A DNA stretch of 64,000 bases, taken from positions 96,001 through 160,000 of the forward strand of contig JBPOGH010000002.1 of NCBI GenBank assembly GCA_051252135.1, in the 5' to 3' direction. Below the pieces are notes generated by a model. That model did not search any database. It was not told the DNA's origin and saw only the letters and a list, made by a program, of their open reading frames with translations. This document shows, piece by piece, positions 46,897-56,772 of the stretch. Position 1 is the stretch's first letter. The number at the start of each line of letters is the position of its first letter. The DNA comes from Verrucomicrobiaceae bacterium (GTDB lineage: Bacteria > Verrucomicrobiota > Verrucomicrobiia > Verrucomicrobiales > Akkermansiaceae). The translations under genes and the position numbers were made by a program.

Positions 46897-48302
46897 AAAC
46901 TTTCGTACTTCTCTTTCTTTCTGCGGCGGCATTGAGCGCGCAGATCAAGCCGTTGGTGAGCACTTATCTGGGTGACGGGGAGCGGAATTTTTACGGGAAT
47001 GTTTCGCCGACAAAGCTGAAGGTGAAATGGAAGACGCACCTTGGGAGCGGGAAGACGGAATTCGGGAATGGTGATGTGCGGACGTGGAAGGGGGCGGGTT
47101 GGACGGGGCAGCCGCTGGTGATTGAGGAGAACGGGGAGATTTATTTGATTCAGGGGACGCTGAGTCATCATTTGAAAAAGATTCGGGCGCGGGACGGGAA
47201 GGTGGTCTGGAGTACGAGTGTGGGTGATGTGATCAAGGGGACTCCGACTTTTGCGGATGTGAAGCGGGGGGATGCGGAGAATCGTTATGTGCTGATTACG
47301 GGGAGCCGGAGTGGGTTTGGGCAGCATTGGCGGACGGGGACGGCGCACTCGTTGCACGGGATTTCTTATGTGACGGGGAAGAAGCTTTGGCGGCATAACA
47401 GCCGGGCGACGGCATCGAACAGCCGGGACTGTGATGCGTCGGCGCTGATGATTGGGTCGAAGGCGTGTGTGCCGTTGGAGAACGGATATTTTACGGTTTT
47501 TTCTCCTGATCCGGCGAAGGCGAAGATGGTGGAGGGTTTTCCGGCGCCGAGTATCAGTAAGCAGTATTTGCTCTATCGGGAGTCGGACCGTCAGTTGTAT
47601 CGATCGGAGTTGTGCTGTGAGTCATCGCCGACGCTCTACGGCGGGAAGGCGTATGTGGCGGCGGGGGTGGGGCGGCTGTATTCGTGCGGGACGGGGATGT
47701 TTGGTGGGGCCGGGTGGGGGCTGGATATCGGGGGGGATTTGAACGGGACGATGCCGTTGACGAATGATAAACATTTGTTGGTGGGGATCGAGCGGCAGTT
47801 TATTCCGGGGAAGGGCGGGGTGATGAAGGTGAAGCCGGGTGGTGGGGTGAAGTGGTTTTATCCGGCGCCGAACGTGAAATTTTACACTTGGAATGGCGGG
47901 CTGGTGGGGTCGCCGGCGGTGAATCATCGTTACGAGTCACCGGTGTCGAAGGACCTGGCGTGCTTTGTGGATGTGAATGCGACGTTGACGCTGATCAATC
48001 ACAAGGAGGTGCAGCCGGGGGTGATGGTGCCGGGGCCGTTGATGAAGAAGCAGTTTCCGGTGCCGGTGGTGCTGGATCAGGTGAAGCTGCCGACGGGGTC
48101 GATTTCGACTCCGCTCTTTGTGGGGAACAAGATCATCGTGGGATACGACAACGGGATGGATCTTTACGAGGTGACGGCGGGGCAGAAACTGCGTCGGTTG
48201 GATCGACTCAAGGGGCCGATGTTTGACGCGACGCCGGTGGTGTGGAACGGGCGGGTGTATGCGGGGTCGAAGAACGGGTATCTGTATTGTTTGGGGAATT
48301 AA
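46893..48302 (+). CDS. PQQ-like beta-propeller protein
   Basis: TYLGDGERNFYG, GWTGQP, ESSP, STP, ATPVVW..GYLYCLG. Confidence 0.75.
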   Translation: MKTFVLLFLSAAALSAQIKPLVSTYLGDGERNFYGNVSPTKLKVKWKTHLGSGKTEFGNGDVRTWKGAGWTGQPLVIEENGEIYLIQGTLSHHLKKIRARDGKVVWSTSVGDVIKGTPTFADVKRGDAENRYVLITGSRSGFGQHWRTGTAHSLHGISYVTGKKLWRHNSRATASNSRDCDASALMIGSKACVPLENGYFTVFSPDPAKAKMVEGFPAPSISKQYLLYRESDRQLYRSELCCESSPTLYGGKAYVAAGVGRLYSCGTGMFGGAGWGLDIGGDLNGTMPLTNDKHLLVGIERQFIPGKGGVMKVKPGGGVKWFYPAPNVKFYTWNGGLVGSPAVNHRYESPVSKDLACFVDVNATLTLINHKEVQPGVMVPGPLMKKQFPVPVVLDQVKLPTGSISTPLFVGNKIIVGYDNGMDLYEVTAGQKLRRLDRLKGPMFDATPVVWNGRVYAGSKNGYLYCLGN

Positions 48303-48372
48303 GTGGAGGTTTTCGAGGAGAGGGTCAGATACATATTGATGTTGAGAGAGTTGGGGTATACGACTTCAGACG

Positions 48373-49362
48373 ATGAAGAAGATTTTTTGGGCAGTCGCGA
48401 TGGTAGGATTGGCGAAGGGGCAGACCTTGGTCATTCCGGGGAGCGGTAATCTGTCGGTGCTGGCGGATACGACGTCTCAATTGGATTTGATCGACGGGTT
48501 GGCTTTTGATGTGAACGGGAATCTTTTTGGGGCATTGGAGATTGATTCGAGTTCGGGTGGAGTGGTGGTGATTGACAAGGTTACGGGGCAGGTAACTTCG
48601 TTGGTTGATGGAATTCCCCGGGCGGATCAGCTGAACTTTTCTCCGAACGGGAAGTTGTATGTGACTGCCGAGGTGCCGGGAGCATCGACGACGGATCGAA
48701 TTTATGAGGTGGAGGTGACGTATTCGGGCGGGGTGCCGGTGAGTGCGACCAAGACAAGTCTGACGACGACGGCCGGGATTAATAATCCCGAGGGCTTGGC
48801 CGTGCTTCAGTCTTCGGGGGTGTTTGGTGATGCGGGGACTTTGCTGGTAGCGGAGCATGCGAGCCCGGGGACGATCTGGTCGATCAATCCGTCGACCGGG
48901 GCGAGCACTGCGCTGGCGCTAGGTCTGGCGAGTGGGGAGGGGATGAGCATCGGTGATTTTTCGGGAGGGGGGATTTATGGTCTTTATATTGCGGAAACGG
49001 GGGCCAATCGGGTGACGAGGGTGGATCCTGATGGAACGAAAACGGCGCTTGGGGATGGCACGACGGTGTCCATGACCAATCCGGACAATGTGGCTTTTGG
49101 TCCCGATGGTTATGTGTATGTCTCGGAGGATGTGGCCGGGACGGGTGGTCGGATTTTGAGGGCGAATGCGGCCGGGGTGTGGGAGGTATTTGCCACCGGT
49201 TTCAATGAGCCGCAGGGGATGTTGTTTGGTGCGGACGGGACGATGTATATCTCGGAGCAGGGGGAGGATCGGATTTGGCAGGTCACGCCGGTGCCGGAGC
49301 CGGCTTCGATCGCACTGGTGGGCTTGACGGGACTGGTGCTGCTGAGGAGGAAGAGGAGGTAA
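48373..49362 (+). CDS. PEP-CTERM protein with NHL/SMP-30-like beta-propeller
   Basis: DGLAFD, NPEGLA, NPDNVAFGPDG, PQGMLFGADG repeats; VPEPASIALVGLTGLVLLRRKRR. Confidence 0.9.
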   Translation: MKKIFWAVAMVGLAKGQTLVIPGSGNLSVLADTTSQLDLIDGLAFDVNGNLFGALEIDSSSGGVVVIDKVTGQVTSLVDGIPRADQLNFSPNGKLYVTAEVPGASTTDRIYEVEVTYSGGVPVSATKTSLTTTAGINNPEGLAVLQSSGVFGDAGTLLVAEHASPGTIWSINPSTGASTALALGLASGEGMSIGDFSGGGIYGLYIAETGANRVTRVDPDGTKTALGDGTTVSMTNPDNVAFGPDGYVYVSEDVAGTGGRILRANAAGVWEVFATGFNEPQGMLFGADGTMYISEQGEDRIWQVTPVPEPASIALVGLTGLVLLRRKRR

Positions 49363-49456
49363 TCTCTCCCGGGCATCCGACGCTTCGGTGGGATATTTTG
49401 TCGAGGAGGGGGATGTTACGGGTCCGCGGTTTGCGTGGACCCGCTTTAATTTGGCC

Positions 49457-50314
49457 CTATTTGGCAGCGGCGGCGAAGCGTTCCTTCATGAGGAGGGCGA
49501 GCTTGTCGAACTTGCTGAGGCGGTAGCGTTTTTCGAAGACGCGGTAACCATCCTCTCTCATGCGGAGGAGGAGGGTGTGGTAGATTTTGTGCATCACGCG
49601 GGGGGCGAGGAGGGCTTTGTGGTCTTCCGGGGGGAGGAGGGCGGTGGCTTGATCGTAGTATTCCTGGGCGCGTTGGGCCTGGAATTCCATGTAGGCGGTG
49701 AAGCGGTGGTCGTGGACGCGGTTGATGAGGTCTTGCTCGGTGTATTGGAAGCGGTCGAGCTCGCTGAGGGGGAGGTAGATGCGGTTTCCGTTGGCGAGGT
49801 CTTCGCCGATGTCCCGGAGGATGTTGGTGAGCTGGAGGGCGTGGCCGAGGGCGATGGCGTAGTCTTTTGCGCGGTCTTTATCGGCTCCGAAGAGGGGGAG
49901 GCAGACGAGGCCGACGGAGGAGGCGACGCGGAAGGTGTATTGCTGGAGGTCTTCCCAGGTGTCGAAGCGCTGGGGATGGAGGTCCATTTGGCAGCCCTCG
50001 ATGACGTTGGTGAAGTATTCGCCGGGGATTTGGTAGCGGTCGCGGACGGCGAGGACATCGCGCTGGAGGTCGACGAGGCCGAGGGAGGGGTCGGGCTCGT
50101 TGGTGGCGAAGATGTTTTTCCAGCCTTCGAGGCCGGAGGTTTTTTGGGCGAGGGGGAGGTCGAGATCGTCAGCGAGGTCATCGATGACGCGGCAGTAGGC
50201 GTAGAAGGTGACGAGGTGGTCACGGCGGTCGCCGGGAACGCAGCGGAGGGCAAAGGCGAGGTTTGACTTCGCTTTGCGGGTGATCTCGGCGGCGGTGGGT
50301 TCTACGGTCATCAT
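49457..50314 (-). CDS. Squalene/phytoene synthase family protein (HpnD-like)
   Basis: YAYCRVIDDLADD, Y..RVASSVG, LGHALQLTNILRDIGED..RIYLP. Confidence 0.88.
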   Translation of the reverse strand: MMTVEPTAAEITRKAKSNLAFALRCVPGDRRDHLVTFYAYCRVIDDLADDLDLPLAQKTSGLEGWKNIFATNEPDPSLGLVDLQRDVLAVRDRYQIPGEYFTNVIEGCQMDLHPQRFDTWEDLQQYTFRVASSVGLVCLPLFGADKDRAKDYAIALGHALQLTNILRDIGEDLANGNRIYLPLSELDRFQYTEQDLINRVHDHRFTAYMEFQAQRAQEYYDQATALLPPEDHKALLAPRVMHKIYHTLLLRMREDGYRVFEKRYRLSKFDKLALLMKERFAAAAK

Positions 50315-51501
50315 TCGATGAGACCCCAGTGTCCGCTGGTGAAGGGCCAGAGGGAGAAGAGGGCGGGGCCGACGAGGTTGTATTGCTTGACGGATCCCCA
50401 GTAGCGGGAGTCGAGACTTTCGGGTGAGTTGTCGCCGAGGGCGAAGAATTCGCGGTAGTTGCGGTCGGGATTATCCTGGAGGGTAACGCTGAACTCGGAA
50501 TCCGAGAAGCCGCTGCGGGAGTCGCCCTTTTGGGTGTTGGTGTATCCGGGGTAGCCGTTTTCCTGTGAGGCGACGCGTTGGATGGTTTCTTCTTCGGCGA
50601 GGGATCCGTTGACGTAGAGGTGGGGTGCGTCGACCTGGAGGGTGTCTCCGGGGACTCCGACGAGGCGTTTGATGTAGTGGGTGCCGCCTTGTTGGCTGGA
50701 CATGCGGTCACCGGTGCCGTGGGTGTCGATGCCGCGGGTGTTGAAGACGAAGGATTCGCCGCGGGTGGGTTGGCGGAAGTGGTAGGAGACTTTATCGACG
50801 AGGACGAGGTCACCGGAGGTGAGGCTGCCCTGGAAGATGGGGTCGCCGGCGCGGTAGTGGATGCCGGGGCGGAAGTTTTTACCGGAGCCATCGAGGAGGG
50901 TTTTGCGGATGGTGGGGATGCGCATGACCTCGTTCTTGGGGGCACCAATGGTGACGACGCTGCCATCGCTCATGGAGAGTTTGGTGCGGGAGAAGAGGAA
51001 CCAGCTGCGATCGTCAATGGAGCGGATGCTCAGGTCTCTTTTGGCGACGACGTCCTCGTAGCTTTTACCTTTGATGACGCGCTCGGTGATGCGTTGGCCG
51101 AGCCAGGGCATTTCCCAGTTTTCTTCTTCGTGCTTGGTCTCGGCGATGATGCCGTTGAGGGAGGGCTGCATGGACCCGGTGGGGATGCGGAAGGGTTGGA
51201 CGAAGTAGGCGCGGACGCCGAGGGCGACGACGATGGCGACCCAGAAGACTTCGATGTTTTCCTCGATGGCGTTGGGGGGGCGGTAGTGGGTGAGGGATTT
51301 TTCGCAGACGTTGCGGACTTGTTTGGAGGCTTCCTTGACGGCGTCGAGGTCCTTCTGTTTGACGGCGGCTTTGAGATCGGCGCGGCGTGATTCGATCTCG
51401 GCGACCTTATCGGGCTCGAGGAGATCGCGTTTGTAGTGCACGAATTTTTTAGCGCCCTTGTAGAGGAGGAGCGCTTCTTTTTTCCACCGGGGAGTAAACA
51501 C
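50311..51501 (-). CDS. lepB: Signal peptidase I
   Basis: QPFRIPTGSMQPSL, YIKRLVGVPGD, LGDNSPESLDSRYWG; GTG start at 51501 inferred. Confidence 0.92.
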   Translation of the reverse strand: MFTPRWKKEALLLYKGAKKFVHYKRDLLEPDKVAEIESRRADLKAAVKQKDLDAVKEASKQVRNVCEKSLTHYRPPNAIEENIEVFWVAIVVALGVRAYFVQPFRIPTGSMQPSLNGIIAETKHEEENWEMPWLGQRITERVIKGKSYEDVVAKRDLSIRSIDDRSWFLFSRTKLSMSDGSVVTIGAPKNEVMRIPTIRKTLLDGSGKNFRPGIHYRAGDPIFQGSLTSGDLVLVDKVSYHFRQPTRGESFVFNTRGIDTHGTGDRMSSQQGGTHYIKRLVGVPGDTLQVDAPHLYVNGSLAEEETIQRVASQENGYPGYTNTQKGDSRSGFSDSEFSVTLQDNPDRNYREFFALGDNSPESLDSRYWGSVKQYNLVGPALFSLWPFTSGHWGLIE

Positions 51502-51554
51502 GAGGGGAAGGTGCGGCTCCGGGGGTGAATTTTCAAGGGCGAAGTCTGGGTGGG

Positions 51555-52748
51555 TTAATCCGGCTTTTTGGGGTGGGTGAGCTGGAAACGTTCTTCTTTT
51601 AGCTGCTGGGCGGGGACGAGTCGGGTGAGGAGGGTTTGGTAGGGGGAATCGGGGTAGGCGCGGGCGGCGTAGCGGAGGTGGGGGGCGAGGGCGCGGGGGT
51701 CGAGGCGGGAGATTTGTTTGTGTTTCCACTCCGAGGGGTCTTTGGCGAAGGGGAGGAGCCAGTCGAGGGCAGTGCGGAGGGTGCTTTGATCGGGGGAGGG
51801 GTGGTTCCAGAGGTCCGTATCGAGGTGTTCGGCGAGGCGGGCGGTGGTGAAGAAGCCGTGGAGGTTCATGAGGGAGTAGCTCCAGGATTTGGTGCGGGCG
51901 AGCTCGTGCGGCTGTGAGCCATCGGGTTGAATTTGGGAGGGGAGGCGTTTTTTAGTTTCGTTGAGGATATGGCGGGCGAGATCCTGTTGGCCGGTGTAGA
52001 GGGCGAAGGTGAGGCATTGGGTGTCATACCAGGTGCCGTGGTTGTTTCTTTGTCTGCGTTCATCGAGGCCGTTTTTGCTGGTGCGGAGCCAATGGAGGTA
52101 GTCGGCGAACCAGGAGCGGAGTGCTTGGGCGTCGGCGGGTGTCCAGGATTTGGAATTTTCGAGGAGGATGGCGGAGTCGACGACCCGGATGAGGCAGACG
52201 GTATCGATGATGCCGATGCCGCGTCCTTTTGATTTTCCGGGGATGGCCTGGCCGAAGTTGAGGTTGGGGTTCATGCGGGTTTCTGGGTTGAGAAACCAGG
52301 TGCGGAGGAGGGTGGTGGCGTGGGTGGCGTAGTCTTCCCGTCCGGTGAAGTAGTGGGCGAGGGCGAGGGTGGCGGTGGCTTTGGCGGTTTTGGAGAGGCC
52401 GACGTTGTCGTAGTTTCCGCGCTCGGGGTTTACTTTGCCATCGCGGCGGATGTAGGGGAGGCCGTCGGCTTTTTTGGGGTCGGGCCACCAGTAGGGCCCG
52501 ACGCTGAGGTAGTCGTGCTTGTCACCGCTGGGCGGGGTGATTTTTTTGGAGGTGACGGTCCAGGGGCCGCTGCGGAGGGCGATTTTGGCGTCATTTTTGA
52601 GCTCCGTGAGGGCGGGGTGGTGGAAAGAGTCGGGGGAGGCGAGGCCTTGGCGGACGAGGGCCATGCCGGGGCCATCGTAGACGAGGGTCTGCGGGGCGGG
52701 GGTGGCGGGGAGTTGGAGGAGGGCGAGGAGAAAGAGGGGGAGGCGCAC
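51555..52748 (-). CDS. Alginate lyase family protein (PL5-like)
   Basis: SGDKHDYLS..YWWP, RRDGKVNP, MNPNL, NNHGTWY, ELARTKSWSYS..NL. Confidence 0.82.
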   Translation of the reverse strand: MRLPLFLLALLQLPATPAPQTLVYDGPGMALVRQGLASPDSFHHPALTELKNDAKIALRSGPWTVTSKKITPPSGDKHDYLSVGPYWWPDPKKADGLPYIRRDGKVNPERGNYDNVGLSKTAKATATLALAHYFTGREDYATHATTLLRTWFLNPETRMNPNLNFGQAIPGKSKGRGIGIIDTVCLIRVVDSAILLENSKSWTPADAQALRSWFADYLHWLRTSKNGLDERRQRNNHGTWYDTQCLTFALYTGQQDLARHILNETKKRLPSQIQPDGSQPHELARTKSWSYSLMNLHGFFTTARLAEHLDTDLWNHPSPDQSTLRTALDWLLPFAKDPSEWKHKQISRLDPRALAPHLRYAARAYPDSPYQTLLTRLVPAQQLKEERFQLTHPKKPD

Positions 52749-52754
52749 GGATGT

Positions 52755-53435
52755 TTAGAGTTCTTTGATGAAGATGTTGCGCCACTGCATGGGGGCGCCG
52801 TGGGTTTGGAGCTGGATGGGTCCGGAGGCGGGAAGGGGGCCTTTTTTGTCGAAGTAGTTATGGAGTTTGGCTTGATCGACGACGGTTTTGCCATTGAGGA
52901 TGACGGTGACTTTTTCACCGATGAGGCGGACGGTCATGGCGTTCCATTGGCCGAGGGGTTTGTCGGCGTGGACGAGGGGGTCTTTGCCGGGGGAGCCTGC
53001 GGGGTTGTTCCAGAGGCCGCCGGATCCTTTGGCGGCGCCGTGCTTGAGGGCGGGGCTGGTTTCCTTGGTGGTGTCCCAGATTTGGACCTGGGGGATGCCG
53101 CGGAGGTAGATGCCGCTGTCGGCTTTGGGGTCGAGTTTGTATTCGAGGCGGAGTTCGAAGTCGGCGAAGTTTTTTTCGGTGGTGAGGAAGAGTCCGTGTC
53201 CGTCGTTGTGGATGATGCTGTCTTTGACGGCCCAGTGTTGGCGGATGTCATTGAGGCTCTTTTTTTTCTTTTCGGCGAGTTGTTCGGGGGGAAGAGCCAA
53301 GTATTTGGAAGGGTCCTCGGTGGCGGCGCCCCACCATCCGGAGAGGTCTTTGCCATTGAACAAGGGTTTGAAGCCATCGGGGAGGGCAGAAAGGGAGGCG
53401 GAGAGGGCCAAGGTGAGTGCGAGGAATCGGAGCAT
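52755..53435 (-). CDS. DUF1080 (3-keto-disaccharide hydrolase-like) protein
   Basis: GFKPLFNGKDLSGW, DFELRLEY, DSGIYLRG, GPIQLQTHG..WRNIFIKEL. Confidence 0.88.
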   Translation of the reverse strand: MLRFLALTLALSASLSALPDGFKPLFNGKDLSGWWGAATEDPSKYLALPPEQLAEKKKKSLNDIRQHWAVKDSIIHNDGHGLFLTTEKNFADFELRLEYKLDPKADSGIYLRGIPQVQIWDTTKETSPALKHGAAKGSGGLWNNPAGSPGKDPLVHADKPLGQWNAMTVRLIGEKVTVILNGKTVVDQAKLHNYFDKKGPLPASGPIQLQTHGAPMQWRNIFIKEL

Positions 53436-53569
53436 GGGCAGGGATACGGTGGCGGGGGAGGTTTCTTATCTTGGGAGGGCATTGTTTGGAAAAAGGAGGC
53501 GATTTGTGAAAAATGAATTCGAATAGACAGATCGGGAATAATGGGCGACCTTGACGCTCCAATTAACGA

Positions 53570-54529
53570 ATGATGAAAACGTCCTCTCTCTTTGCCGCTC
53601 TTGCCCTTCTTTCCACTTCTCTCACCTACGCGGCCGGCGAGGGATGGATGCATGACTTCGAAGCAGCCAAGAAGAAAGCTGCTGCTGAGAAGAAAGATTT
53701 GCTGGTCGATGCGACCGGGTCCGATTGGTGCCACTGGTGCATCAAGCTCAATGAGGAGGTTTTTTCGAAGGACGCCTTTAAAAAGGGAGTGGCTGACAAG
53801 TATGTGTTGGTGGAGCTCGATTATCCCCGGGATAAATCGAAGCTGAGCGATGAGACGATTGCACAGAATGAGAAGCTCATGGAAACCTACCAGTTCCAGG
53901 GGTTCCCCACGATCATGCTGATGGATGCGGAGGGGCGTCCGTATGCGAAGACCGGTTATCAAAAGGGTGGCGCGGAGTCTTATGTCGCTCATCTGGACGA
54001 GCTCCAGGAGAAGAAGGCGGTCCGCGATGCGGCGCTGGAGAAGGCCGGGAAGCTTGAAGGAGTCGAGAAGGCCAAGGCTTTGGTCGGTGTGCTGGAAGTG
54101 ATTCCCGAGGGGCAGGCTGCAAGCTACGGGAACCTTGCCGAGCAGATTACGGCGAACGATCCGGAAGATGTGACGGGGTTTGGGGCCAAGTTGAAGCGTG
54201 AGCAAGCCGAGCAGAAGCTCGAGGAAGTGATCGGGGCGGCGATGCAGGCCGGCAAGACGGGTGAAGCGTTGGCGGCGATTGATGCCCACATTTCCGAGTT
54301 TAAGATCGAGGGAGTGGAGAAGCAGCAGTCGCTGAGTATCAAGTTCAACATTTTGATGCAGGGTAAGGATTTTGATGCTGCGGGGAAGGTTTTGGATGAG
54401 GTGATCGCGATCGATCCCGAGAGCCCGATGGGCAAGGGAGCGGCCGGATTTAAGCCGAGATTTGAGAAAATGAAGGCGGAAGCGGCTGCGGCAGCGAGTC
54501 CGGAAGTGGAGGAGAAGGTCGGCGAGTAA
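53570..54529 (+). CDS. Exported thioredoxin-family protein
   Basis: TGSDWCHWCIKL, GFPTI; signal peptide; helical C-terminal extension. Confidence 0.9.
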   Translation: MMKTSSLFAALALLSTSLTYAAGEGWMHDFEAAKKKAAAEKKDLLVDATGSDWCHWCIKLNEEVFSKDAFKKGVADKYVLVELDYPRDKSKLSDETIAQNEKLMETYQFQGFPTIMLMDAEGRPYAKTGYQKGGAESYVAHLDELQEKKAVRDAALEKAGKLEGVEKAKALVGVLEVIPEGQAASYGNLAEQITANDPEDVTGFGAKLKREQAEQKLEEVIGAAMQAGKTGEALAAIDAHISEFKIEGVEKQQSLSIKFNILMQGKDFDAAGKVLDEVIAIDPESPMGKGAAGFKPRFEKMKAEAAAAASPEVEEKVGE

Positions 54530-54553
54530 AGCGACGGTCCGATTTCTGTAAAT

Positions 54554-54588
54554 GCTCGTTGCGGCGCTGCCGTGGCGGGCTTTTTTTT
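54554..54588 (+). terminator. Rho-independent terminator
   Basis: GCTCGTTGCGGC-GCT-GCCGTGGCGGGC (G.U-rich stem) followed by T8. Confidence 0.65.
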
Positions 54589-54685
54589 GGTTGAGGGTGA
54601 GAGGAGAGGAGGGGTGCGATTTTTTTTTGCAAAGAAGGTGCGGGGAGGGACATTTCCCCCGCTCAGACCCGAATATCATCCAATC

Positions 54686-55396
54686 ATGAAATCAACCTTA
54701 GGCCTGAGTGCCCTCCTTGTGACCGTATTGCTGCCCTCCCAGGGGGCGGTGATTGCCCAACATTCATCCGAATTCAACGCGACAACCCCGGGAGCGGGTT
54801 GGAGCTATCTGTGGAACCCAACGGGTTTCGATGTCGGTGATTCCGCAAATTACCAAGCATTGGCTGCCAACGGAACCACTCGGGTGACCGTGGGTGGTGC
54901 TGCTACCGGGAATTCCGGGCCAACCAATGCGGAATTTCTTAATATTGCAGGAACGTCCGTTCATCCCGGCAACGGACCGGATGGATCGGGAACCGATGCC
55001 TTCGATCACGCGGCCATTATCGGCTACACCGTTCAGGCTGGTGAGGCGGGTAATCTCTCGATTATCAATTCCAATGCGAATCGCAATGGCCAGTTTGGCG
55101 GTGGAGACGGAACGGGCATCAGCGTGTATCTGGGGGATGTGCTGATTAACTCGGTGCTGGTGCCGAAGGCTACCGACGGATCGACTCCGGGGACAGCGAG
55201 CTTTAACTTCTCGATCGGTAACGTTGCGGAAGGGGAGACTATCTACATCGCGGTGACTCCTTTGGGCCACCCCGGACAAGATGGCCTGAGTTCTTTCGAT
55301 TTCCAGATTGATTCGGCAGCGATTCCGGAGCCCAGTTCAGCACTTATTTTGAGTGTGGCGGGTCTCGGATTGATTGGACGACGCAAGCGTTCCTAG
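54686..55396 (+). CDS. PEP-CTERM protein
   Basis: Signal MKSTLGLSALLVTVLLPSQG; C-terminus IPEPSSALILSVAGLGLIGRRKRS. Confidence 0.9.
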   Translation: MKSTLGLSALLVTVLLPSQGAVIAQHSSEFNATTPGAGWSYLWNPTGFDVGDSANYQALAANGTTRVTVGGAATGNSGPTNAEFLNIAGTSVHPGNGPDGSGTDAFDHAAIIGYTVQAGEAGNLSIINSNANRNGQFGGGDGTGISVYLGDVLINSVLVPKATDGSTPGTASFNFSIGNVAEGETIYIAVTPLGHPGQDGLSSFDFQIDSAAIPEPSSALILSVAGLGLIGRRKRS

Positions 55397-55419
55397 ATTG
55401 TCCTTTTACAATTACTTTC

Positions 55420-55454
55420 AAGAAGCGGAGGCAGTTCCTGTCTCCGCTTTTTTT
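55420..55454 (+). terminator. Rho-independent terminator
   Basis: AAGCGGAGGCAG-TTC-CTGTCTCCGCTT followed by T run. Confidence 0.8.
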
Positions 55455-55620
55455 GTAGCGTGATCCAATCATGCCCTGAGGTAAGGGGTTTTGAGTGGTT
55501 TGTGGTGAAAATCGAAAATTAGCCCTGAAAACAGGGTTCAATTGTCGTTAGATTCTTCCTTCGTGGGCAGTGGTCCGGTGAACGCGCCGCTTTCCGACTC
55601 TTCTTCAGCAAAAACGACCT

Positions 55621-56772
55621 ATGATTGAGTGTATCCGAACCTACCGCCTGCAGCATCAGCTGGATGAGCCCTTTGGCTTTTCGCAGTGGCATTATGATGT
55701 GCGGAACGCGCTGCTGGTGGAGGTGGTGGATAGCTCGGGGGCGAGTGGTTGGGGGGAGTGTTACGGGCCGAGCGAGGTGACGCAGTGCGGGATTAGCTCC
55801 TTTTATGCGCCGCTTCTGATGGGCTGGGACCCGTTGAAGAATGAGGCGGCGTGGCAGCATTGCTGGCGGGCGTCGCTGGATTTTGCGCGGAAGGGGATCA
55901 TGATGGGGGCGATGTCGGGGCTGGATATGGCGCTGCTCGATCTCAAGGGGAAGCTGCTGGGAGTCTCGGTGAGCGAGCTGATGGGCGGTCGGGTGCGCGA
56001 TGAGGTGGATTGTTATGCCACGGGGATGTATTTTGCGAAGATTTCGGACAGCGACCTGCTGGATAAGATTTTGAAAGAGGCGGCGGTTTATGTGGGGCAG
56101 GGTTACGGGGCGCTGAAGATCAAGGTGGGGAAGAATTTGCCCTTCGATAAGCAGCTGGTGGCGGAGATGCGGCGGACCTTTCCGGAGACGACGTTGATGG
56201 CGGACTCGAATCATGCTTATGATTTGAATGAGGCGATCGAGGTGGGCCGGGTGATCGATGAGAACAATTACTCGTGGTTCGAAGAGCCGCTCTCGCCGAA
56301 TCATGCGGGGATGTTTCGTCAACTGGCGGACAAGCTGGATGTGCCGATTGCGACGGGCGAGTGCGAGCAGACGCGCTGGGGCTTTCAGGATTTGCTTTCA
56401 AAAGGGGGGGTGAGCATTGCGCAGCCGGACCTTGCTTATTGTGGCGGGCCGACCGAGGCGGTGAAGATTCGCAATATTGCGTCGTCGCTGGGCATCAATG
56501 TGGTGCCGCATGCCTGGGGGACGATGTTGAACCTCGCGAGCGCGAGTCATTTCCTCGCTTCCGCCTATGTTGAGCCGGGTCGGGCCGAGGTGGTTTCGCC
56601 GATGCTGGAGGTCGACCGGACGGAGAATCCGCTGCGGGACGAGCTTTACTCGACCACGCTGGAGATCGCGAACGGGAAGGCGAAGATTCCGACGGGTCCG
56701 GGATTGGGAGTGGTGGTGGATGAGCCGGCGATGAAGAAATTTTGCATTCAAGAAACGGAAAAAAGCGCATGA
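55621..56772 (+). CDS. Mandelate racemase/enolase superfamily; probable 3,6-anhydro-galactonate cycloisomerase (DauB-like)
   Basis: GWGECYGP, KIKVG, DSN, WFEEP, GECE, QPD, PH motifs; specific function inferred from operon context. Confidence 0.75.
   Translation: MIECIRTYRLQHQLDEPFGFSQWHYDVRNALLVEVVDSSGASGWGECYGPSEVTQCGISSFYAPLLMGWDPLKNEAAWQHCWRASLDFARKGIMMGAMSGLDMALLDLKGKLLGVSVSELMGGRVRDEVDCYATGMYFAKISDSDLLDKILKEAAVYVGQGYGALKIKVGKNLPFDKQLVAEMRRTFPETTLMADSNHAYDLNEAIEVGRVIDENNYSWFEEPLSPNHAGMFRQLADKLDVPIATGECEQTRWGFQDLLSKGGVSIAQPDLAYCGGPTEAVKIRNIASSLGINVVPHAWGTMLNLASASHFLASAYVEPGRAEVVSPMLEVDRTENPLRDELYSTTLEIANGKAKIPTGPGLGVVVDEPAMKKFCIQETEKSA

Noticed and set aside
53570..54529. Thioredoxin as part of a selenium system
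   Set aside because: Ordinary CxxC encoded by TGC codons; no selA/selB/selC/selD recognised in the window.
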